From an uncultured Bacilli bacterium (lineage in GTDB: Bacteria > Bacillota_I > Bacilli_A > RF39 > UBA660): a DNA stretch of 64,000 nt. The translations under genes were made by a program, and so were the position numbers. Positions within the stretch are counted from its first letter, which is position 1, and every line of letters begins with the position of its first letter. Positions 36,563 through 46,052 of the stretch are shown piece after piece. Under the pieces are notes generated by a model. The model was not told where the DNA came from, made no database searches, and was given only the letters and a program-made list of their open reading frames with translations. Location: NCBI GenBank assembly GCA_934149245.1, contig CAKPER010000004.1, positions 3,757 through 67,756 of the forward strand, given 5' to 3'.

Positions 36563-38909
36563 TTGATTTGTATAGTTTATTAGTTATAATTAAAAGTATT
36601 ATACTAGATAAGCTTATAACTAATGATATATTTTTATAGGGTGCTTTATAATCTATGGTAATTTTATGAGTGCCTTTTTTTATTGGAAAACCTATAAAAT
36701 TTTTATTCGTTTTTTCATAATTGATTTTATCATTATCAAGTTTTATATTAAATCCTTTATCATAGGGGATAGAGATGTTAAAGTATCCATTTTCTTTTAC
36801 ATCTATTTTTCCTTCTATGTGATCTCCTTTTGTTTTATTGCTATTAATTTTGTATTCTTGTATATTGTTTTTTTCAAAGATATCTGAGTAGTCAACTACA
36901 TAAGTTTCCAGATTAGTTATTTTGTATGTGCCTTTTTTTATGTAGATGTCTAGTATATCTGTATTATATAAATAATAATTAAATGTGTAATTTTTGTTAT
37001 TATATTTCCAATTTTTACTGGTCAATGTGTTTTTTTCGTTATTTATAGTTATTGATAAATCTTTATTTGGATTATAGGTATTTGTAAATCTTATTAAAAT
37101 TAACTTGTCTTTTGTATTGGTATTTAATTTAATTTTTAAATAAGCATTTTTTTGGGCTTTTATAATTAATTTTTCGTTGAAGTTTTCTAATTTTAAGTTA
37201 TTTTGTTCAATTATTTGATAATTTGTGTTACTTTTTTCAATATCTAATTTATTTGAATTTTTTTTATCTTTATTTGTTTTTATTACGATATTATTTAGAA
37301 GTGCTATAATATTAGTGGGGTAGTTTAGATTATTAAAAGTATTTTCAGAAATTATGTTTGATGTTGCATAACCTAATGGTAAAACGTTATGATTTTTATA
37401 TAGTTTTATTCCATTTTTTTCTTTTATTAATTCTAAATTTTTATTTTCATGTTTTGTTATTATATATTTTTCTCCTAATATGTTTTGAGATAATATATTA
37501 TCACTTGAAGAAATCATAAAGTTATTTCTGAATTGTTTGTTATTATATAATGTTTGGTAATAAAATGATTTATAATTATTATTGTATGTTGATGAATAAA
37601 GTGTTGTTTTATATTCACGATTGTTATTTATTTTATTTATGTATTCTATATTATCTATTAAGTTATTAATACGATATGTTGTATTATCTTTTTTTGTAAT
37701 ATATTGAACTAATTCGTTTATTGTTTTATTTTCTTGATTGGTGTATTCACTTTTTGTCATTAGTTTGTCAGTACTGTTAATAATTAGACATACAGAAATG
37801 GAAGAAATTATTGCATATAGTATAATTAATGCGTCTATGCTCTTTTTATTTTTCTTAAATATATTTTCTAAAAAATCTGCTGTTATTAATAAGGCTAGTG
37901 GTATAAATGGAATTAAGGATTTGCCGTTAATGTATAGTTTTCCGTTTAATATATAACTAAATAATGGAATAATGCTTATTATTAATATGAAAATTGATAA
38001 TCTTTTTGTAGCTTTATTTTTGTTATAAAGTGATGTATGAATGAGCGCAATTAGTGTTATTAATGTAAGTCCCATTGAATAACTTCCATATAATAAGTAG
38101 TTTTGTGGTTTTATTAAATCGACTAAACTTAATTTATTGATTGTGTTTGATCTACCATTTAGTAGACAATATAGAGTTGGAAAAATTAGTATACTAGCAT
38201 TTAAAATTCCTTCTATTACTGGTAATGATAGTTTGAGTGTTTTTTTTAGGAAGCCTTTATGGTTATTTTTAAAAAACTTATAAAGATAATATATGAATAA
38301 AGCTACTAGGCTTGATATACTAAAAAAATAACTTGTAAATATTAATAAAGTTATAGATAAAGCAATAATTAGTATGTTATTATTTTTTAGATATCTGTCA
38401 ATTCCATAAAAGCCTAGTATTAGAAAAGGAAGATAGTTTATAAACATTATGTGTCTTTTGGTATGAAAAATAATAGGTCCAGCACATAAAAATAATAGGG
38501 TTGTAATAAATCTAGTTTTGAATGTATAGTTGTTTTCTTTGAGAAAGAAGTAAAATAGTATAGTACTTGTTACTGTGATTATAGATGATGATATTATTAC
38601 ATAATCAAGCATAGGTATTTTTGGAAAAAAATATGATATTATTATGATTGGATTTAATAATCCGTAGTATGATAAGTAGTATATGTTTTGACCACTTCCT
38701 AGATTAGGGGCAAAGTCAGGAAAAATATCTTTTGTTTGATAAAAAAGATTTCTAAAATATTCTGGTATTACATAATGTTGAATACTAAAGTCTATTTTTG
38801 AGGCAAATATATAATTATTTTTTGTTATACAAGTGTATATAAGAATGTAAGTTATTATATAAAATAAAATTGCTAAAAAATCTTTTTTCTTTTCTTTTTT
38901 TGTGTTCAT
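36549..38909 (-). CDS. yfhO: YfhO-family polytopic membrane glycosyltransferase-like protein
   Basis: 786 aa. The N-terminal half has many TM helices, followed by a large extracytoplasmic N/K-rich domain and a terminal TM anchor. Its 3' end overlaps spoVT convergently by 14 nt. Confidence 0.7.
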   Translation of the reverse strand: MNTKKEKKKDFLAILFYIITYILIYTCITKNNYIFASKIDFSIQHYVIPEYFRNLFYQTKDIFPDFAPNLGSGQNIYYLSYYGLLNPIIIISYFFPKIPMLDYVIISSSIITVTSTILFYFFLKENNYTFKTRFITTLLFLCAGPIIFHTKRHIMFINYLPFLILGFYGIDRYLKNNNILIIALSITLLIFTSYFFSISSLVALFIYYLYKFFKNNHKGFLKKTLKLSLPVIEGILNASILIFPTLYCLLNGRSNTINKLSLVDLIKPQNYLLYGSYSMGLTLITLIALIHTSLYNKNKATKRLSIFILIISIIPLFSYILNGKLYINGKSLIPFIPLALLITADFLENIFKKNKKSIDALIILYAIISSISVCLIINSTDKLMTKSEYTNQENKTINELVQYITKKDNTTYRINNLIDNIEYINKINNNREYKTTLYSSTYNNNYKSFYYQTLYNNKQFRNNFMISSSDNILSQNILGEKYIITKHENKNLELIKEKNGIKLYKNHNVLPLGYATSNIISENTFNNLNYPTNIIALLNNIVIKTNKDKKNSNKLDIEKSNTNYQIIEQNNLKLENFNEKLIIKAQKNAYLKIKLNTNTKDKLILIRFTNTYNPNKDLSITINNEKNTLTSKNWKYNNKNYTFNYYLYNTDILDIYIKKGTYKITNLETYVVDYSDIFEKNNIQEYKINSNKTKGDHIEGKIDVKENGYFNISIPYDKGFNIKLDNDKINYEKTNKNFIGFPIKKGTHKITIDYKAPYKNISLVISLSSIILLIITNKLYKSTNHK

Positions 38910-39046
38910 AGTTTTTCCTCCTTTTTTATTACTTTTGGCTATATTATAACATGGTTTTCTTTTTTAAAACTTAATTTTTTATTAATATTATAGGTAATTT
39001 ACATATTATGTTAAAAATGTTATAATTTATTTTGGGTGGAGGCGAT

Positions 39047-39544
39047 ATGTTGAGTAGTAGATATTTTGAAAAAATTACTTTTTTGCAATTTAAGAATGAT
39101 ATTTGTGATGATATTGAGTTATATAACAAATATGAGTTACCTAAACGTTCTACTAATGGTAGTTGTGGCTATGATATTAAGGCAATTAAATCTTTGGAGA
39201 TTGCACCAGGTGAAATTGTAAAAATTCCAACTGGAATAAAAGCTTATTTTTTGAAAGATGAATTTTTAATGTTGGTAGTTAGAAGTAGTATGGGATTTAA
39301 GTATAATGTTCGTATGTGTAATCAGGTTGGAATTATTGATAGTGATTATTATAACAATTGTGATAATGAAGGACATATATGGATTGCTCTCCAAAATGAA
39401 GGTAAAAAAGTTTTTTCTATAAAAAGTGGTGATGCAATATGTCAAGGTATATTTTTAAATTATTTGACATGTGATGATATTAATAATAATGTTCGAGTTG
39501 GTGGTATTGGGAGCACTAATTCTTTAGAAGATAAGGAGAATTGA
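39047..39544 (+). CDS. dut: dUTP diphosphatase (trimeric dUTPase)
   Basis: Motifs GSCGYDI, RSS and GIIDSDY, plus the C-terminal GGIGST. The preferred start is ATG 39047, after GGAGG. Confidence 0.85.
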   Translation: MLSSRYFEKITFLQFKNDICDDIELYNKYELPKRSTNGSCGYDIKAIKSLEIAPGEIVKIPTGIKAYFLKDEFLMLVVRSSMGFKYNVRMCNQVGIIDSDYYNNCDNEGHIWIALQNEGKKVFSIKSGDAICQGIFLNYLTCDDINNNVRVGGIGSTNSLEDKEN

Positions 39545-39549
39545 TAAAA

Positions 39550-41091
39550 ATGGTAAAAGATAAATTTTATATTAGTACAGCAATTGCATATACAAGTGCT
39601 AAGCCTCATATTGGTAATACTTATGAAGTTGTTTTAGCAGATGCTATTGCTAGGTATAAGAGGTTACAGGGATATGATGTTTATTTTCAAACTGGAACTG
39701 ATGAACATGGAGAAAAAATCGAAATAAAAGCGAAAGAAGCTGGGGTAACACCTTTAGAATATGTTGATAAGATTTCTAATGAAATTAAAAATATTTGGGA
39801 TGTAATGAATACTAGTTATGATTGTTTTGTTCGTACTACAGATAAAAATCATGAAAAAATTGTTCAAGAGATATTTGAAAAGTTTTATGAGCAAGGAGAT
39901 ATTTATAAGGGGGAATATAAAGGATTATATTGTACACCTTGTGAGTCTTTTTGGACTGAGAGTCAGTTGGTAGATGGAAAGTGTCCTGATTGTGGAAGAG
40001 AAGTAAAAGAAGCAAAAGAAGAGGCTTATTTCTTTAAAATGAGTAAATATTCAGAATGGTTAGAAGGATACATTGATAGTCATCCAGGTTTTATTGAACC
40101 TGAAGTACGTAAAAATGAGATTATTAATACATTTATAAGACCAGGTCTTCAAGATTTATGCGTATCTAGAACGAGTTTTAAATGGGGAATTCCTGTTACT
40201 TTTGATCAAAATCATATCGTTTATGTTTGGATAGATGCTTTATCTAATTATATTACTTTTTTGGGGTATCATCCTAATGAAAATTGTAGTGATAAATTTA
40301 AAAAGTATTGGCCTTGTGATATTCATTTAATTGGCAAAGATATTTTGCGTTTTCATACTATTTATTGGCCTATTATGTTGCATGCTTTGAATTTGCCTAT
40401 TCCTAAAAGAATTTTTGGTCATCCTTGGTTGTTATTTGGAAATGATAAAATGAGTAAAAGTAAGGGAAATATTGTTTATGCTGATGATTTAGTTAATAAA
40501 TATGGTGTTGATGCAATACGTTACTATTTAATTCATGAAATGCCATTTGCAAGTGATGGAACCTTTACAAATGAGTTATTAGTTGAGAGTATCAATAGTA
40601 ATTTAGCAAATATTCTTGGTAATTTAGTTAATCGAACAATTGGGATGATTAATAAATACTTTAATGGAGTAGTTGAAAATAAGAATATATTTGAAGAAGT
40701 TGATGATGAATTAAAAGATTTAGTTTTAGATACTAAAGATATTGTTGATGATAAAATGGAAAACTTAAAGATTGCTGATAGTTTAGATATTATATTTGAT
40801 ATTTTTAGAAGATGTAATAAATATATTGATGAGACTATGCCTTGGGTATTAGCGAAAGATGATAGTAATAATGATAGATTAGCTACTGTTTTATATAATT
40901 TAGTTGAATCTATAAGATTTGGTGCGGTTTTACTTCAACCGTTTATGCCTGAGACTGCTGATAAAATTTTTAAACAGTTAAATACTGATAAAACTACTTA
41001 TGATACATTAGATAAATTTGGATATTATAGAAGTGGTAGCCATGTTGGGGAGGCTCAGGTGTTATTTCAAAGAATTGAAATAGAAAAATAA
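39550..41091 (+). CDS. metG: Methionine--tRNA ligase (short form, no C-terminal tRNA-binding appendage)
   Basis: HIGN (HIGH-type) motif, KMSKS, and a Zn knuckle CPDCG. The preferred start is ATG 39550. Confidence 0.95.
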   Translation: MVKDKFYISTAIAYTSAKPHIGNTYEVVLADAIARYKRLQGYDVYFQTGTDEHGEKIEIKAKEAGVTPLEYVDKISNEIKNIWDVMNTSYDCFVRTTDKNHEKIVQEIFEKFYEQGDIYKGEYKGLYCTPCESFWTESQLVDGKCPDCGREVKEAKEEAYFFKMSKYSEWLEGYIDSHPGFIEPEVRKNEIINTFIRPGLQDLCVSRTSFKWGIPVTFDQNHIVYVWIDALSNYITFLGYHPNENCSDKFKKYWPCDIHLIGKDILRFHTIYWPIMLHALNLPIPKRIFGHPWLLFGNDKMSKSKGNIVYADDLVNKYGVDAIRYYLIHEMPFASDGTFTNELLVESINSNLANILGNLVNRTIGMINKYFNGVVENKNIFEEVDDELKDLVLDTKDIVDDKMENLKIADSLDIIFDIFRRCNKYIDETMPWVLAKDDSNNDRLATVLYNLVESIRFGAVLLQPFMPETADKIFKQLNTDKTTYDTLDKFGYYRSGSHVGEAQVLFQRIEIEK

Positions 41092-41143
41092 GAAATTATA
41101 TTTATAATAAGTTTTTATTATTTGATTAGTTTGATTTTTGTTG

Positions 41144-41174
41144 GTATGATTATTGGTTTAATAATCATACTTTT
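41144..41174 (+). terminator. Probable intrinsic terminator after metG
   Basis: 11-bp perfect stem: GTATGATTATT (41144-41154) pairs with AATAATCATAC (41160-41170). The loop is 5 nt, then TTTT. It is AU-rich, hence only moderate confidence. Confidence 0.55.
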
Positions 41175-41350
41175 AGTTATATTTAATATTCGACAAAAAA
41201 TTTGGAGAAGGAGTGTTATTATTGATTTACAAAATGAAATGTAAAATATTTTTAAAGTGTTTACTTTTATTTACATTTTGTACTTCATTTGTTATTATTT
41301 TGTTAAGTAGTTAAGCAGTTTGGTAGTTTTTAAGAAAGGAACGAAGAAAT

Positions 41351-41524
41351 ATGCTTAATAAAGTTAAAAATCAAGAAAAGTTAATCATGAATTTTTTTGT
41401 TGTAATGTTGTTTATTGTTGGTATTTATGTTGTTTTAGAAAGGGAATTAATAGATGTTATATATTTTGGAGTTTTAGTTTATTATTTTATAAGATTTTTA
41501 TTGATTAAAAAAAATGGGAGGTAG
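41351..41524 (+). CDS. Possible 57-aa two-TM membrane peptide (below the ORF-track cutoff)
   Basis: Hand translation: MLNKVKNQEKLIMNFFVVMLFIVGIYVVLERELIDVIYFGVLVYYFIRFLLIKKNGR. A weak SD (AAGAAAGGAA) lies upstream. No homology is recognised. Confidence 0.3.
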   Translation: MLNKVKNQEKLIMNFFVVMLFIVGIYVVLERELIDVIYFGVLVYYFIRFLLIKKNGR

Positions 41525-41532
41525 TGGTTTAA

Positions 41533-42294
41533 ATGTTAGTAGATACACATTGTCATGTTTTTTGGGAGTATTATGAAGATTTAGAACAGGTTATAACAAG
41601 AGCTAAGGATAAGGGAGTAGGAGCTTTAATAGTTAATGGTTATGATATGTCTTCTAATAAGGAAGTATTAGAGTTAGTTAAAAAGTATGATATTGTGTAT
41701 GGTGCTTTAGGTATTCAACCCGAAAATTTAGATGAATTAAATGATGAGAATATATCTTTTATCGAAGAACATATTAATGATGATAAGATAGTTGCTGTTG
41801 GGGAAATTGGACTAGATTATCATTATGATTTGGATAAAGAACGTCAAAAAGATTTATTTAAGAGACAATTAGATATTGCAAGAAAATATAATAAACCTGT
41901 TATTGTTCACAGTAGAGATTGTATTCAAGAGACGTATGATATTTTAAAAATGTATAATATAAAAGGTATAATGCATTGTTATAGTGGAAGTGTAGAGATG
42001 GCTAAAAAATTTGTGGAAATTGGTTTCTTTTTGGGAATTGGTGGTATTTCTACTTTTAAAAATTCTCGAAAGGTAGTCGAAGTAATAAAAAATATTCCTA
42101 TCGAATATATTTTATTGGAAACAGACTGTCCTTATTTGACTCCTGAACCATATCGTGGTAAAAGAAATGAGCCTGCTTATATTCCTTTAATTTTAGAGCG
42201 AATTTGTTCTTTAAAATCCTTGAATTATAAGGATGTAGAAGAAGTTATGACTTCATCGATTTTACGGTTATTTGACAAAAAGATTAAACTATGA
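41533..42294 (+). CDS. tatD: TatD-family metal-dependent DNase/hydrolase (YabD)
   Basis: N-terminal DTHCH, plus the GEIGLDYH, HSR, and HCYSG and ETDCPYL motifs. It follows metG as in Bacillus. Confidence 0.9.
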   Translation: MLVDTHCHVFWEYYEDLEQVITRAKDKGVGALIVNGYDMSSNKEVLELVKKYDIVYGALGIQPENLDELNDENISFIEEHINDDKIVAVGEIGLDYHYDLDKERQKDLFKRQLDIARKYNKPVIVHSRDCIQETYDILKMYNIKGIMHCYSGSVEMAKKFVEIGFFLGIGGISTFKNSRKVVEVIKNIPIEYILLETDCPYLTPEPYRGKRNEPAYIPLILERICSLKSLNYKDVEEVMTSSILRLFDKKIKL

Positions 42295-42339
42295 TAGAAT
42301 TATATGTGCCTGAGATGAGAAAATAAGAGGTGATATATA

Positions 42340-43107
42340 ATGAGAAAAATAGTATCTAATGTATTGATTGTTTCTACACAATTGATTATTGGTGGACTAT
42401 TTTTGTTTATGTTATTTTCGGATAACAATGAGGATAAGAGAAATATAGTTGTTAAAAATGACAACATGAATAAGATGGCAGATGCTGTTTCTGAACTTTT
42501 TGTTGCTGATCCAAACTCTAATACTAATGATAGTAGTACAGAGGAAGTTAATTTGGTTAGTGAAGAAGAGAAGAAAGCACAAGAAGAGGCAGAAGCAAAG
42601 GCTAAAGCAGAAGAGGAGGCTCGTCAAAGAGCAGCTGCAGAGGCTGAGGCGGCTAGAATTGCTGCTGAGCAAAAAGCACAAGAAGAAGCTGCTCGTAATG
42701 CTATAATTGTAAGTGCAAATGGTTACAGGTCTAAACCAGCTGCTGGTTTTAATGTTACTACTGGAAATAGAACTTATAGTTTATCAGATGGTGAGTTTGC
42801 TATTTTAGCTACTGTAGTTAATTGTGAAGCTAATAGAAGTAGTAGAGATGATGTGCTGGCTGTAATGTCTGTAATATTGAATCGTGCGGATAGAAATGGT
42901 GGTTCTCCTGTTTCTGTAGTTTCTGCTAGAGGCCAGTTTTCTTGTTATACTGGTAGTGGAACTACTGTTTCAGATTCTGTTGCTTCTGTTATGCGTGATG
43001 CTTTATATAATGGCATTCGTAATAATAGTTATTCTTCTTTTGGGTCGTGGAGATCTGGAGTTAGTAATAACTATATTGTTGATGGTGGTAATAGATATTA
43101 TCGCTAG
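42340..43107 (+). CDS. Membrane-anchored cell-wall hydrolase, SleB/CwlJ (Hydrolase_2)-like C-terminal domain with A/E/K-rich coiled-coil spacer
   Basis: N-terminal TM helix. The spacer contains EEEKKAQEEAEAKAKAEEEARQRAAAEAEAARIAAEQKAQEEAARNA. The C-terminal domain has FAILATVVNCEANRSSRDDVLAVMSVILNRADR, typical of SleB-type lytic enzymes. Confidence 0.65.
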   Translation: MRKIVSNVLIVSTQLIIGGLFLFMLFSDNNEDKRNIVVKNDNMNKMADAVSELFVADPNSNTNDSSTEEVNLVSEEEKKAQEEAEAKAKAEEEARQRAAAEAEAARIAAEQKAQEEAARNAIIVSANGYRSKPAAGFNVTTGNRTYSLSDGEFAILATVVNCEANRSSRDDVLAVMSVILNRADRNGGSPVSVVSARGQFSCYTGSGTTVSDSVASVMRDALYNGIRNNSYSSFGSWRSGVSNNYIVDGGNRYYR

Positions 43108-43133
43108 GAAAGGATTGTTTTCCTTTCTTTTTT
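43106..43133 (+). terminator. Intrinsic terminator
   Basis: 9-bp stem: AGGAAAGGA (43106-43114) pairs with TCCTTTCTT (43121-43129), with one G-U pair. The loop is 6 nt and a T-run follows. Confidence 0.7.
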
Positions 43134-43162
43134 GTTTATGTTTTTAAGGAGGTATTTATAAT

Positions 43163-43954
43163 ATGGATTTTAAATTTAAAAAATCTTTAGGGCAAAATTT
43201 TTTGACTGATCAAAACATTATTCATAAAATAGTAGACAGTGCTAATATTGATGATAGTACTTTATTATTGGAAGTAGGTCCAGGTGGTGGGGCAATCACT
43301 AAGTATATGGTACCGTTGTGTGGGCATGCGTTGTTATATGAAGCAGATTCTAGATTAGAAAAAAATTTAAATGAATTATTGAAAAATAATCATAATTATA
43401 CAATTAAAATAGGAGATTTTTTGGAAACTAATCTTGAAGAAGATATTAATAATTATTCTTATTCGAAATTATATTTAGTTGCTAATTTACCATATTATAT
43501 AACAACTCCTATTATTATGAAGTTTATAAATGAGGAGGTTTTCCCAGATAAAATTGTTATTATGGTTCAAAAGGAGGTTGCTAATCGGTTAGCAGCGTCT
43601 GTGGGAACTAAAAATTATGGAGCATTAACTGTTTTTCTTGATTATTTTTATGAGGTAAAAAAGCTTTTTGATGTTAGTAAAAATTGTTTTATTCCTTGTC
43701 CTAACGTGGATAGCGCTGTTATTTGTATGAATTTGAAAGGTGATAGACCTTATGTTAAGGATATGATGCTTTTTAAAAAGATTATTAGAGATGCTTTTAG
43801 ATATAAAAGAAAAAATTTAAGAAATAATTTTAAAGGATACAATTTAGAGGAGATAGATAAAATATTAAAGGAAAATAATTTGACGTTAAACTCAAGAGCT
43901 GAGGATTTGGATTTAGAAATATTTATTTTAATTGCTAATAGATTAAGTAAATAG
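43163..43954 (+). CDS. rsmA: 16S rRNA (adenine1518/1519-N6)-dimethyltransferase RsmA (KsgA)
   Basis: KSLGQNFL N-terminus, SAM motif EVGPGGGAIT and NLPYYITTPI. Confidence 0.93.
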   Translation: MDFKFKKSLGQNFLTDQNIIHKIVDSANIDDSTLLLEVGPGGGAITKYMVPLCGHALLYEADSRLEKNLNELLKNNHNYTIKIGDFLETNLEEDINNYSYSKLYLVANLPYYITTPIIMKFINEEVFPDKIVIMVQKEVANRLAASVGTKNYGALTVFLDYFYEVKKLFDVSKNCFIPCPNVDSAVICMNLKGDRPYVKDMMLFKKIIRDAFRYKRKNLRNNFKGYNLEEIDKILKENNLTLNSRAEDLDLEIFILIANRLSK

Positions 43955-43986
43955 TTCTTTTTTTTTTCTATTTACATATATTTTTT

Positions 43987-44766
43987 ATGGGTGATATTGT
44001 GATAAAAATTGGAGATTATGTTACACGTATATCATATAATAATGATATTATTTTTAAAGTAGTTGATATAAAGGATAATAATTATTTTTTAGTTGGAGCT
44101 TATCTTAGGTTATCTGCTGATAGTCCAATTGATGATTTGAAATTATATGATGGTAATATTAATGATGATAACTTTAAGATAGATTTTAGTGATTATTCAA
44201 ATTTGGATAGAAATGATTTTTTTTATTTGCCAGGAAAAATATTACATATTGATGGCGATGAGGAATTTTTGAGGAGAAGTTTAGAATTTTATAAAAAAAA
44301 TAGGATTAAAGCTTATGGATTATTTTTAAATGAATCTGATTTGAGTGATAATTTATATGATTATTTGGTAAAGTATAATCCCGATATTTTAGTTATTACT
44401 GGTCATGATGCTTTATATAGAAAGAAAAATAGAAATGGTACATATAAAAATACTAGTAATTTTGTTTCTGCTGTTAAAGAGGCTAGAAGATTTGAAAAAT
44501 CACATGAGAAGCTTATAATAATAGCTGGTGCTTGTCAATCGAATTATGAAGAGCTAATAAAGGCTGGTGCTAATTTTGCTTCTAGTCCTAAAAGAATTAA
44601 TATTCATGCATTAGATCCTGCAATAATAGCAGGTTCATTGGCGTTTTCTGATAAAAATGAAAATATTAATCTTATAAAAATACTTGAAAAAACAAAATAT
44701 GGTTCTGATGGAATAGGTGGCATTATTACTAAGGGAACGATGTATGTAGGTTTTCCAAGAGAATAA
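43987..44766 (+). CDS. yabG: Sporulation-specific protease YabG (peptidase U57)
   Basis: N-terminal IGDYVTRISYNNDIIFKVVDI parallels Bacillus YabG. The core ILVITGHDA...GACQSNYE matches, and ksgA-yabG-veg synteny supports it. Confidence 0.85.
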   Translation: MGDIVIKIGDYVTRISYNNDIIFKVVDIKDNNYFLVGAYLRLSADSPIDDLKLYDGNINDDNFKIDFSDYSNLDRNDFFYLPGKILHIDGDEEFLRRSLEFYKKNRIKAYGLFLNESDLSDNLYDYLVKYNPDILVITGHDALYRKKNRNGTYKNTSNFVSAVKEARRFEKSHEKLIIIAGACQSNYEELIKAGANFASSPKRINIHALDPAIIAGSLAFSDKNENINLIKILEKTKYGSDGIGGIITKGTMYVGFPRE

Positions 44767-44779
44767 AAGGGGGATTTTG

Positions 44780-44998
44780 ATGAATATAGAGAAAATTCGT
44801 AGAGATATAAATAAAGGTTTGGGAAGTGATGTTATTGTTACTCATAATGAGGGAAGAAATAAAATTTATGAGTATGAAGGTAAAGTAGTAGAAGTTTATA
44901 ATAATATTTTTATTATATTAGATAAAAAAGATGCAAGAAAAAAAAGTTTTAGTTATTATGATGTGTTGACAGAAGCTGTTAAAGTATCTTTTAAGTAA
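44780..44998 (+). CDS. veg: Veg protein
   Basis: 72 aa. The pattern I...I...LG..V.....GRNK......G.V.EVY..IF.I...........FSYYDVLTE.VKVSF matches B. subtilis Veg. ATG 44780 follows AAGGGGGA. Confidence 0.8.
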   Translation: MNIEKIRRDINKGLGSDVIVTHNEGRNKIYEYEGKVVEVYNNIFIILDKKDARKKSFSYYDVLTEAVKVSFK

Positions 44999-45119
44999 TT
45001 ATTTAGTTCTTTTTGTAAATTAATTAGTCAAATTTTTCCAAAAATATTGACTTTTTAATATATTATATATAAAATGTATTTAGAAAATAATATTTTCTAG
45101 AAGGAGAGTTGATACAAAA

Positions 45120-45377
45120 ATGAAGATTACTTCAGTTAATGTACACAAATTTGAAAAAGAAAATTCTCGTATGAAAGGAATTGCAGTTGTTACTCTTGAT
45201 GATTGTTTTGTTGTTAAGGGAATAAGAATTATAGATGGTGATAATGGATTATTTATTGCTATGCCTAGTAAGACTACTGCAACAGGAGAACATAGTGATA
45301 TTGCTCATCCAATTAATAAAGAGACTCGTCAAATGTTTGAAGAGGCTATTATTAAAGCTTATAACGAAGCAGAGTAA
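45120..45377 (+). CDS. spoVG: Septation/sporulation regulator SpoVG
   Basis: MKITSVNVHK...MKGIAVVTLDDCFVVKGIRIIDGDNGLFIAMPS...DIAHPINKETR is a strong SpoVG pattern. Confidence 0.92.
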   Translation: MKITSVNVHKFEKENSRMKGIAVVTLDDCFVVKGIRIIDGDNGLFIAMPSKTTATGEHSDIAHPINKETRQMFEEAIIKAYNEAE

Positions 45378-45384
45378 TGTAATT

Positions 45385-45412
45385 AGAACTAAGACTTTAG
45401 TTCTTTTTTTTT
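45385..45412 (+). terminator. Intrinsic terminator after spoVG
   Basis: AGAACTAA (45385-45392) pairs with TTAGTTCT (45397-45404) across a 4-nt loop. A T9 run follows. Confidence 0.8.
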
Positions 45413-45447
45413 GTGTTTGGCATATATATTGTTAGGGAGGGAGTTTG

Positions 45448-45741
45448 ATGGATAAAGTAAGAGAATTGGAAAATAATTTTAATCATGGAATATCAATTGC
45501 TGAAAGAAAGAATATTATAGTTACAGGTGTTAAAAAGATTGAAAGTTTTGATAATGAGGAATTTATGATGGATACAACTTTGGGGTTTTTAGTTATAAAG
45601 GGAAGTGGTTTAGAAATTATAAAACTTGATACTTATCAAGGAAATGTTTCTATAAAAGGACAAGTAGATAGTCTTAATTATATGGAAAGTGCCATAAAAA
45701 AAGAAAAAGACAATTCTTTTATAAGTAAGTTATTTAAATAA
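45448..45741 (+). CDS. yabP: Sporulation protein YabP
   Basis: YabP-like sequence (NIIVTGVKKIESFDNEEF...LVIKGSGLEI..LD...G.V.IKG.VDSL.Y). ATG 45448 follows GGGAGGGA. Confidence 0.85.
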   Translation: MDKVRELENNFNHGISIAERKNIIVTGVKKIESFDNEEFMMDTTLGFLVIKGSGLEIIKLDTYQGNVSIKGQVDSLNYMESAIKKEKDNSFISKLFK

Positions 45742-45744
45742 ATT

Positions 45745-46017
45745 TTGTTATTAAAAATTCAGATTTTATCTTTTTTATTTTCTTTTTTTTATGGTATAGT
45801 TTTTTATGTTCTTTTAAATTTTTTTAATAGATATATTTATTCTACTAATTTATTTATAAAAATATTTTCCACGATGCTGTTTATTTTAATTAGTTCTTGT
45901 ATATACTTTTTTGCGTTGCTTAAAATTAATAATGGTTATGTTCATATTTATTTTTTTATTTGTTTTTTAGTTGGCAATATAATGTGTAAAGTTTTATATA
46001 GGAAATTGAAAAATTAA
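45745..46017 (+). CDS. yabQ: Spore cortex biosynthesis membrane protein YabQ (candidate)
   Basis: Small three-TM protein immediately after yabP. The call rests mainly on position. Confidence 0.6.
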   Translation: MLLKIQILSFLFSFFYGIVFYVLLNFFNRYIYSTNLFIKIFSTMLFILISSCIYFFALLKINNGYVHIYFFICFLVGNIMCKVLYRKLKN

Positions 46018-46052
46018 ATATTTTGTGTTAGAATTTGTTGTGTATAGGATAG

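Noticed and set aside
41089-41244. The reading frame stays open for 51 codons after the metG TAA stop, in the same frame, encoding a hydrophobic tail. This raised the possibility of stop-codon read-through.
   Set aside because: TAA is a strong stop. The stretch contains the likely metG terminator hairpin. Open frames of this length are unremarkable in AT-rich spacers.
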